From contig CAYWTU010000002.1 in assembly GCA_964461275.1 (NCBI GenBank), positions 1 through 24,927 on the forward strand: 24,927 bases of DNA. Direction: 5' to 3'. Positions 14,147 through 21,519 of this stretch are shown one piece after another. Each line of letters starts with the position of its first letter. Position 1 is the first letter of the stretch. A program made the position numbers and the translations under genes. The DNA is from an uncultured Pirellulales bacterium. GTDB lineage: Bacteria > Planctomycetota > Planctomycetia > Pirellulales > CAYNRE01. The notes below the pieces were generated by a model. The model was not told where the DNA came from. It did no database searches and worked only from the letters and a program-made list of their open reading frames with translations.

Positions 14147-17100
14147 GTGAAGCGTCGCAACTCCCGTCGTCCCGCTAATTCTGCGCACCTACCCCGCCTT
14201 CGGCGGCGACCGCTGATCTTTGAGCCGTTGGAATTGCGGCATCTGTTGCACGGCGTTCATGGCCCCGCGGTCGATCCCACGTTTTTGGAAACCGTGGACA
14301 ATTCGCGGAGCGTGTTCGACGGCGCCGGCGCGTTTTCTTCTCCTGCTAGCGGCGTTTTGGCCGGCACGCTGTTCAACGACATCAATCAGGACGGCCAAAA
14401 GCAAACGACGGAGCCGGGGCTGAGCAACCGCACGGTCTACCTGGACCTGAACACCAACGGGTTGCTGGACAACGGCGAGCCGAGCGTGCTGACCGATTCG
14501 GCCGGTGGATATACGTTCAACAACATGCCGGCCGGCAGCTACGTTGTCGCTACTACGGCGTTCGCCGGTTGGAAGCTGACCACGCCCAATGACTTCGAGT
14601 TTGCGCCAGCGGTAAACCTTGGTGCTGGCAGCGGAACGCGGCTGCCGATTACGCCGGACTTGAACGACGACGGCGCTCCCGACTTGGTGGTGAGCAACGC
14701 CTTTGCCGACAATATCTCGGTGTTTCTCAACGACGGGTCCGGCGTTTTTTCTGCGGCCGTGAACTACGCCGTTGGCGACCTGCCGCGCGCTGTCGAGGCG
14801 GCGGACTTCGACAAAGACGGCGACCTAGACCTTGTGGTCGCCAACCTCAGCACGGCAAACGTTTCCGTGCTGCTCAACGACGGCGCCGGCGGTTTTTCCG
14901 CGGCGGTGAACTATGCCGCGGGGGGCGGCGCTTGGTTGACGCGCTCGATCGACTTGAACTCCGACGGCAAGCTCGACATTGCCGTAATGAACCAGAATTC
15001 GAGCACGGTGACCATCCTCCGCGGCGACGGCGCCGGAACGTTCGTCGCCGGCGGGAATTACGCCACTGGCACGTGGCCTCACGACCTGATTGCCTTCGAC
15101 GCTGATGGCGACAGCGACATCGATTTGCTTACGGCCAACTTGGTCGGCAACACGCTCACGCTGCTTAGCAACAACGGCGCTGGAACGTTCACCACCAGCA
15201 GCATCGCGGCCGCCGCCGGCCCGTTGGAGATCACGCGGACCGACGTTGACGGAGACGGCGAGTTGGACCTGGCGGTGGAAAACTTGAACTCGAACAATAT
15301 CTCCCTCTTCATCGCCAATGGCGACGGCACGTTTCAGCCGCGGGTGGACTATGCCGCTGGGCTCAACGCCCACCGCTTGCAGGCCGCTGATTTGGACGGC
15401 GACGACGATGTGGACTTTGCCGTGGCCAACTACGGTGACGACAACGTCTCGATCCTGCTCAACGACGGTCTGGGCAATCTTTCGGCCCCGACGAACTACG
15501 CGGTCGGCGACGGCCCGTTGTTTGTCGAGGCGCACGATTTTGACAACGACGGCGACATCGATCTGGTCGCCTCCAACAGCGAGAACGATTCTCTGTCGAT
15601 GCTCCTCAACAACGGCGACGGCACGTTTGCCGCGGCGATTGACGTGGCCACGGGGCTCGAGCCGCGGTTCATGACGGTCGTCGATTTCAATCGCGATGGA
15701 GCGCTGGACGTGATCACCAGCAATTTTTCCGGGGCCGGCGTGTCGCTGATACGCAACCGGGCGGGCGAGCACCGCGTGGCCGTGGCGGCAGGTGAAGTAC
15801 TGACCAATTTGGACTTCGGCAGCAGTAGGCAGGTGGTGCTCGGAGACCAGCCGTCGGCCAACCACACCTTCAAGATCCGCATCGACGACGACGCTTTCAA
15901 GACGCTCGACTTTGTCGTCGGCTCGCAAACACAGTCGCGCACGATCAAGGTTCGCCGCTTTGCCGGCGATGACGCCAGCAACATTCGCGTGGTCTATGAG
16001 GTGGTGGAGGGCAACGCCGCCGACTGGAACGTCTCGCTGGGGCAAACGAACTTTCTCCTGGGCAAGGCCCCCGTCTTCTCGACGGCCGATTCCGACCCCC
16101 GCGGCACGGTGCTGCCGACCCATTTTGGCGACGGTGATATCGACAACGACGACCTGGCGCGTCTGGAAGCCAACATGACGGGCCCCGGCGTCAAGCTGAC
16201 CGGGCCGCAGATTCCGGACCGGTTGATCTTTGACCTGGATGGCGATCTGGACATCGACACCGACGACCGGGACATATTGCTCGGACAGTTTACGGGCCCC
16301 TATAGCGATCCCTGGAACGTGGAGTTCGACCTCAATGTGAGCGCGGTCTCCACCGCCCCGGTCGGGTCCGCGGCGCGAATCAAGATCACGGCCATCGACC
16401 TCAACACAGGCGAATCCCGAAGCGCTTTCGCCCACGTCAAGAACCAGCCCTATGGCCCGCTTGCGTCGCAGTTTTTCAGCAGCCAGATCTTGCCCGATTC
16501 GCTCGACAAACTTTTGTATGGCTCGGTTGAAACGTTCAAACTCAACATGAAAAACCTGGGGGCCGACCCGGACGTATTCACCGTCTCGGTCGATCCCGTG
16601 CCGGGCTACAGCTTCCAGATCATCGACGCCCTCAGCGGGACGCCGATGACGTCGTACAGCATGGGGCCCGGCGGCCCGGACGTGGCGGCGTTTCCCAACG
16701 CTGCTCGTCCGGTCATCGTGGTCGTGACCGCCACCGGTTCCGTCCCCCGCGGCACGGTCCAGGAGTTCACGTTTCGGGTTCATAGCACGGCCGGCAACAC
16801 CGACAGCACGGTGAATTTCAAGCTCACCAAGGCCGGGCCCATGTGGGGGCCCGACGACATCTCGCTGAGCACCGGTCGCCGGCATCAGCTCATGGCCGAC
16901 GAAGTCACCACGTTTGGAATGACCGTTCGGAACACGTTTGGAGTCAGCAAGACATTCACTTTGACCGCCACGCCGGTGGGCGCCGCCGCGGGTTGGGCTG
17001 GCGCCCTTTCACAGACCAGCGTGACGCTTGCCCCCAACGCGCAGACCGACGTTATCTTTACCTTGACCCCGCCGGCCAATGCTTCGCTGGGGACCCTTTC

Positions 17101-20100
17101 CGATTGGACCATCGCGCTGCGCGACGGCGCTACGCTGCTGAGCATCAACCGCTACGGCGCCCAAATCGACGATGTCCGCAACGTTTTGTATGTGGCCATG
17201 GACGCCCTGGCGCCGCAGTACATGAGCCTCAACGCCGCCGGCACGGGCGCAGGCTCCTCGAATGATTGGCTCATGCCCAATCTTCGCCGTCTGATGGAGA
17301 TCAGCACGACGTACACCAACGCCAAGGGCAACCTGCCATCGTACACCGATCCCAACCATACCGCGGCGCTGAGCGGCAGCGCCATGGGGATGAACGGCGT
17401 CGCCAGCGTAATTTTTAACTACTTTGGCCGCGACGAAGACGGCTCGGGCGTGGCCAAGAGCGTCGGTTATGAGTCGCTGCGTTATGGACCCAACGGCGAT
17501 GAGCTGCCGACGATCTTCGACATCTCGCTGGCGGAAAACCCCAACTCCATGACCTACTTTGCCACCGGCAAGGGCTGGATGAGCAACTATTTCCGCAAGC
17601 CGACCGGCGGCGCACGGCTGTTCTTGGACGCCTGGAACCGGCCCCAGTACGTCGCCGCCCCCGAGCAGCACACCATTGGCGACCCGTCCAGCGATCCCGA
17701 CGCCGCGACCGATCCGGCCCTCGACCCCACCATCGCCAATTGGGGCACGACGCCAGGACTGTACCCGGAGGACCGCTTTGTGGCCGAGGGCAGCATCCGC
17801 GTCATGGACTACCAAGACCCGGACGTGATGTATGTGCTCATGGCCGGGCCGGACGATGTGGGGCACATGATCGGCGACGCCTGGGATCCGGCCGATTGGG
17901 ACACGCGGGGCACCCCCGAGCTTTGGGACGATATTCACATTGACAACCCTCGGGCCCAGCGCGAAGACATCTTGGACGAAATCCGCGAGACCGACGCGGT
18001 CTTCGGCGAGCTGCTCGACAACCTCATTGCCCGCGGCAAGCTCGACAACACCTACATCGCGCTGCTGGCCGATCACTCGATGATCACGCTCAATCCGCAC
18101 CAGGCCGATCTGGGCGGCTACCTGGAATCGGAGGGCTACGGCTACAAGGACGACTACGACGCGGCAGCGGGCGGGGGCGTGGCGTTGTTTTTCGATGTGG
18201 CCGAGAGTGAGAAAGCGAATTTCGAAAGCCTCTTGGAGAACGCCCCGCCGTTGATTGCCGGCTACGCGACTAATCCTTGGATCGTCGTCAGCCGCGACGA
18301 CATGCTGACCGGCATCGACGCCCACACCGGCACGGTCTTTAGCCAACCGGGCGAACTGTACAGCCAATTCTTCATCGAACAAGAAACCGACGATGTTTCC
18401 AAGCCGCGCTGGGTTGATTTCCTGATGTTGTTCGACGACGGCGGGCAGGCGGCGCCGTTGCACTTCGATCCTCACCTAGGCGAAGACCAGAGTTTGGGTG
18501 GTGAGAACTTCGTGGGCGGACACGCCGGCGCCGACACACAGTCGATTCCGCTCATCATCCACGGCCCGGGCTTGCCGCAAAACGTCGCGCACGCGGATCC
18601 GGTGCGGATCGACGACATCGCGCCGACGTTCTATCGGGCCTTGGGTTGGGACTCGCCGGACAATGTGCAAGGCGTAGTGCTGCCGCACTTGTTCAACAAT
18701 CTGCCGCCAACGGCCGACGCGGGCGGACCATACTCCATCGCCGAAGGCGACGACCTATTGCTCTCCGCGGCGGCGACCACCGATCCCGAGAACGACGCGC
18801 TGACGTACTCTTGGGACATCAACCGCGACGGCGTATTCGGCGATGCAACCGGCGTGACTCCGTCACTCACTTGGGAGCAGCTCGTGGCGCTGGGCATGGG
18901 CAACGGCCCGGGCACTTACTGGCCCACGGTTCGCGTTGCCGACGGCAACGGCGGCAGCGTCACCTCGCCGATGACTCGGCTGGACATCTTGGCCAGTGGT
19001 CCAACGGTGAGCGGCAGCGGCGCCGGCGGCGTACGCGGCGAATTGCGTAGCTTTACCTTCTCGGCCACGAACCCGGTGGCCGGTGAACAGAATGACCCCG
19101 TCACGTATTGCATCGATTGGGACGGGAACGGCACGGTCGACGAAACCGTCGTCGGAACGTCGGCGGGCGTGACGGTCGAGCGGAGCTTTGCCGCAGCCGG
19201 CACGACCGACGTCAAGGTGTTCGCCTACGACAACGACCGAGTGGCGGGACCGACGTTGACCTATCCCGTGACGACTTCGGTGTTCGAATTGCGGCCCAAC
19301 GTCAACAACGCCAGCCTGACCGATCTGGTTTACGGCGGCACCGACGGACTGGACGCGGTCTTCTTCTTCGTTGCCACCGGTCCTGCGGGATCGGTTACGG
19401 TCTTCAGGCAGTTCGACAACACCGTGCTGACCAACGTGCAAACCACTGTCGGCGGCGTGACCGGCGACGTCATCGCCTACGGCTACGGCGGCGGTGATGC
19501 GCTGGTTGGCGAATTCCTGATTGCGCAGACCGCTGAGTTCTACGGCGGCGACGGCGATGACGTCCTGGTCGGCGGCTTCGGCGCCGACCTACTCGACGGC
19601 GGCCTGGGCAACGACATCCTGATTGGAGGCACGCAGCCAACCGACGGGGCGGACACGCTGCTCGGCGGCGATGGTCGCGACCTGTTGTGGAGCCACCTGG
19701 GCGCCGATTCGCTTGACGGCGGCGCAGGCGACGACCTGCTGGTAGGCAATCAGGTCACGTTCGGCGCTCAAGTGCCTCAGGCGGTCTTCGCCATTCAGGC
19801 CGAGTGGCTCTCCAGCCGCACGTTTGCCGAGCGCGTGGACAACATCTCGGGCACGGGCATAGGCCCGCGGCTAAACGGCAATTTCTTCCTGCAAGACGGC
19901 GTTACGGTTTTGGACGACGCGGCAATCGACGAGCTGACCGGCGGCGCCGATCAAGATTGGTTCGTTCCTCCCACGGCCGCCGACGTGATTCACGATCCGG
20001 ACATGGGGGGCATGGCGCTGCGCGTGGCCGGCGGGATTTCCGCCGCCGAGAGCACAACGGGGAGAACGTCGCTGGCAAGCGACTTGCTGCCTTTCCTGCC

Positions 20101-21187
20101 AGTCGATGTAACCCAATGGGTGATGCAGCAGGCCTCCGCGTTGGCCGCGGTGACGGCCGGGGCTTCAAATGCCGAATCGTTCGGCGATCAACCGGCCAAC
20201 GACCTGGTTTACGGCCAAGACAATCCACCCCCGGCCGATGACCTTGTGCCCAACGTCGGAATTGATCCGGAAACCGGTCTGCCCGCGACGACCCCTTGTC
20301 CCAAATGTGGACAAAGTCCGTGCGGGTGCGGCGCCGGTTCCAGCGGTTGCCCCAAATGCGGACAGAGTCCGTGCGGCTGCGCAAGCGCTTGTCCTACCTG
20401 CGGCACGACCGCGTGCAGTTGCTCGCCGGGCGATGCCAACGGCGATGGCCGCATCTCGCGGCGCGACGTGGCGGCGCTAATGTACGCCGTATACGATCCG
20501 GAAACGTTCGCCACGCTTTATCCGAAGGTTGATCCAGCGATTGCCGCCGACGTCAACGGCGACGGCGTGGTGAACGCTGCGGACATCGACGCTTTGGCCG
20601 CCAAATTTCCGCGGCCGGGCGGCGACAACCCTTGCCCAAAATGCGGCGGCAGCCCGTGCGGATGTAACCCGAGCAACGCGGCCGGTGGCGGCTGCCCAGC
20701 CTGTGGGACCAGCCCGTGCAGTTGCACTGGCAGCGGCCCGGCCTGCCCGGCGTGCGGCGGCAGCCCGTGCGGATGTGCTGCCCAAGTGGCGGCGGCGCCG
20801 CCTGTCGAGAGCTTCGTCGGGCTGACCGTGGTCGCTGCGAATGGTGACGCTCCAGCCGCGGAGGAGGCCGGATCGAACTCGGACGCGCCGCCCGATCCGC
20901 ACAGCGGCCCGGGCGACACACTGCTGGGCGCGCTGTCCGACAGTACGGTCGCGGCCACCGACGCCCTGTTTGCTGGCGACGACCAAGCTTGGGTCACGCC
21001 TGCCGGGCGCGTACCGAGTGACGGCGGCTCGGCGGATGTGTCATCGCGGTACGAACGACTGCAATCGCACCGTCCGGCGATCTTGGAGGCGCTGCAGGCG
21101 ATTCGCCGTCGGGCCACGGAAGACGCCGAGGATAGCAATCATTCCAGCGGCTGGCGCGACTTTCTGCGAATGATCGCGCGGCGGTAG
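14147..21187 (+). CDS. Giant planctomycete extracellular protein (2346 aa): SdrD-B / FG-GAP / dockerin-like / Ig-like / NPP-type phosphodiesterase / PKD / RTX / Cys-rich repeats / dockerin
   Basis: GTG 14147 with SD AAAGG and motif RRRPLIFEPLELRHLL (14201-14248). Domain order: SdrD-B ~14351-14590; 8 FG-GAP repeats; EF-hand pair 16121-16300; Ig-like domains ~16430-17165; phosphodiesterase 17177-18700; PKD-like ~18701-19290; RTX nonamers 19481-19748; Cys-rich 20297-20422; dockerin 20429-20611; Cys-rich 20633-20776. Confidence 0.9.
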   Translation: MKRRNSRRPANSAHLPRLRRRPLIFEPLELRHLLHGVHGPAVDPTFLETVDNSRSVFDGAGAFSSPASGVLAGTLFNDINQDGQKQTTEPGLSNRTVYLDLNTNGLLDNGEPSVLTDSAGGYTFNNMPAGSYVVATTAFAGWKLTTPNDFEFAPAVNLGAGSGTRLPITPDLNDDGAPDLVVSNAFADNISVFLNDGSGVFSAAVNYAVGDLPRAVEAADFDKDGDLDLVVANLSTANVSVLLNDGAGGFSAAVNYAAGGGAWLTRSIDLNSDGKLDIAVMNQNSSTVTILRGDGAGTFVAGGNYATGTWPHDLIAFDADGDSDIDLLTANLVGNTLTLLSNNGAGTFTTSSIAAAAGPLEITRTDVDGDGELDLAVENLNSNNISLFIANGDGTFQPRVDYAAGLNAHRLQAADLDGDDDVDFAVANYGDDNVSILLNDGLGNLSAPTNYAVGDGPLFVEAHDFDNDGDIDLVASNSENDSLSMLLNNGDGTFAAAIDVATGLEPRFMTVVDFNRDGALDVITSNFSGAGVSLIRNRAGEHRVAVAAGEVLTNLDFGSSRQVVLGDQPSANHTFKIRIDDDAFKTLDFVVGSQTQSRTIKVRRFAGDDASNIRVVYEVVEGNAADWNVSLGQTNFLLGKAPVFSTADSDPRGTVLPTHFGDGDIDNDDLARLEANMTGPGVKLTGPQIPDRLIFDLDGDLDIDTDDRDILLGQFTGPYSDPWNVEFDLNVSAVSTAPVGSAARIKITAIDLNTGESRSAFAHVKNQPYGPLASQFFSSQILPDSLDKLLYGSVETFKLNMKNLGADPDVFTVSVDPVPGYSFQIIDALSGTPMTSYSMGPGGPDVAAFPNAARPVIVVVTATGSVPRGTVQEFTFRVHSTAGNTDSTVNFKLTKAGPMWGPDDISLSTGRRHQLMADEVTTFGMTVRNTFGVSKTFTLTATPVGAAAGWAGALSQTSVTLAPNAQTDVIFTLTPPANASLGTLSDWTIALRDGATLLSINRYGAQIDDVRNVLYVAMDALAPQYMSLNAAGTGAGSSNDWLMPNLRRLMEISTTYTNAKGNLPSYTDPNHTAALSGSAMGMNGVASVIFNYFGRDEDGSGVAKSVGYESLRYGPNGDELPTIFDISLAENPNSMTYFATGKGWMSNYFRKPTGGARLFLDAWNRPQYVAAPEQHTIGDPSSDPDAATDPALDPTIANWGTTPGLYPEDRFVAEGSIRVMDYQDPDVMYVLMAGPDDVGHMIGDAWDPADWDTRGTPELWDDIHIDNPRAQREDILDEIRETDAVFGELLDNLIARGKLDNTYIALLADHSMITLNPHQADLGGYLESEGYGYKDDYDAAAGGGVALFFDVAESEKANFESLLENAPPLIAGYATNPWIVVSRDDMLTGIDAHTGTVFSQPGELYSQFFIEQETDDVSKPRWVDFLMLFDDGGQAAPLHFDPHLGEDQSLGGENFVGGHAGADTQSIPLIIHGPGLPQNVAHADPVRIDDIAPTFYRALGWDSPDNVQGVVLPHLFNNLPPTADAGGPYSIAEGDDLLLSAAATTDPENDALTYSWDINRDGVFGDATGVTPSLTWEQLVALGMGNGPGTYWPTVRVADGNGGSVTSPMTRLDILASGPTVSGSGAGGVRGELRSFTFSATNPVAGEQNDPVTYCIDWDGNGTVDETVVGTSAGVTVERSFAAAGTTDVKVFAYDNDRVAGPTLTYPVTTSVFELRPNVNNASLTDLVYGGTDGLDAVFFFVATGPAGSVTVFRQFDNTVLTNVQTTVGGVTGDVIAYGYGGGDALVGEFLIAQTAEFYGGDGDDVLVGGFGADLLDGGLGNDILIGGTQPTDGADTLLGGDGRDLLWSHLGADSLDGGAGDDLLVGNQVTFGAQVPQAVFAIQAEWLSSRTFAERVDNISGTGIGPRLNGNFFLQDGVTVLDDAAIDELTGGADQDWFVPPTAADVIHDPDMGGMALRVAGGISAAESTTGRTSLASDLLPFLPVDVTQWVMQQASALAAVTAGASNAESFGDQPANDLVYGQDNPPPADDLVPNVGIDPETGLPATTPCPKCGQSPCGCGAGSSGCPKCGQSPCGCASACPTCGTTACSCSPGDANGDGRISRRDVAALMYAVYDPETFATLYPKVDPAIAADVNGDGVVNAADIDALAAKFPRPGGDNPCPKCGGSPCGCNPSNAAGGGCPACGTSPCSCTGSGPACPACGGSPCGCAAQVAAAPPVESFVGLTVVAANGDAPAAEEAGSNSDAPPDPHSGPGDTLLGALSDSTVAATDALFAGDDQAWVTPAGRVPSDGGSADVSSRYERLQSHRPAILEALQAIRRRATEDAEDSNHSSGWRDFLRMIARR
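14600..15760 (+). repeat. Eight FG-GAP/VCBS coding repeats (beta-propeller)
   Basis: DLNDDGAPDL, DFDKDGDLDL, DLNSDGKLDI, DADGDSDIDL, DVDGDGELDL, DLDGDDDVDF, DFDNDGDIDL and DFNRDGALDV, at roughly 55-aa spacing. Confidence 0.9.
19481..19748 (+). repeat. RTX/hemolysin-type Ca-binding GGxGxDxLx repeats
   Basis: GGDGDDVLV, GGFGADLLD, GGLGNDILI, GGDGRDLLW and GGAGDDLLV. Confidence 0.85.
20297..20776 (+). repeat. Six CPxCGxxxCxC coding repeats in two blocks of three around a dockerin
   Basis: CPKCGQSPCGC twice and CPTCGTTACSC before the dockerin. CPKCGGSPCGC, CPACGTSPCSC and CPACGGSPCGC after it. Confidence 0.9.
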
Positions 21188-21214
21188 ATATCGCGCGTTT
21201 TGACGCGCCGAAGG

Positions 21215-21268
21215 CGAAGTCGCCATGGTTTGGAGCCAGGGCGCTTCGGCCAAATTCCGGCGACTTCG
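21215..21268. repeat. Intergenic hairpin between convergent genes
   Basis: 10-bp inverted repeat CGAAGTCGCC (21215-21224) / GGCGACTTCG (21259-21268) with an inner TTTGG/CCAAA pair. Confidence 0.5.
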
Positions 21269-21350
21269 GCTAAAGGGACAGTGGCGGTGTTTCGCCGATA
21301 TGGCGTCGCCGTACGGTGATCCATCTCGTCGAGTTCAGGAAGGAATGGGC

Positions 21351-21379
21351 GTCATGCCCACGCCCCGCGTGGGCATGGC
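21351..21379. repeat. REP-like palindrome
   Basis: CATGCCCACGC-CCC-GCGTGGGCATG, an 11-bp perfect stem extendable to 13 bp. Confidence 0.6.
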
Positions 21380-21410
21380 AGCCGATATTCTCTACGTCTT
21401 TCCAAGAATT

Positions 21411-21470
21411 CTCCGCGCGCTGGCGCGTCTCCGCGTGAAATTCTTCTTCGTGTCTTTGTGTCTTTGTGGT
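21411..21470. repeat. Short degenerate 8-mer tandem repeats
   Basis: CTCCGCGC...CTCCGCGTGA, then CTTCGTGT-CTTTGTGT-CTTTGTGG (21446-21469). Confidence 0.5.
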
Positions 21471-21519
21471 TTACTCTCTGGTCGGAATCGCTCAACGCCG
21501 CCCTACTTCGACCTTCGGG

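Noticed and set aside
14825-18475. Long antisense ORFs 14825-16885 (686 aa) and 17009-18475 (488 aa)
   Set aside because: They lie wholly opposite the giant CDS, have no recognisable motifs, and are the expected stop-poor shadow frames of high-GC coding DNA.
14600-20776. Periodic DNA repeats suggestive of a CRISPR or other array
   Set aside because: They are degenerate in-frame coding repeats (FG-GAP, RTX, Cys-rich), with no constant repeat/unique spacer structure and no cas genes.
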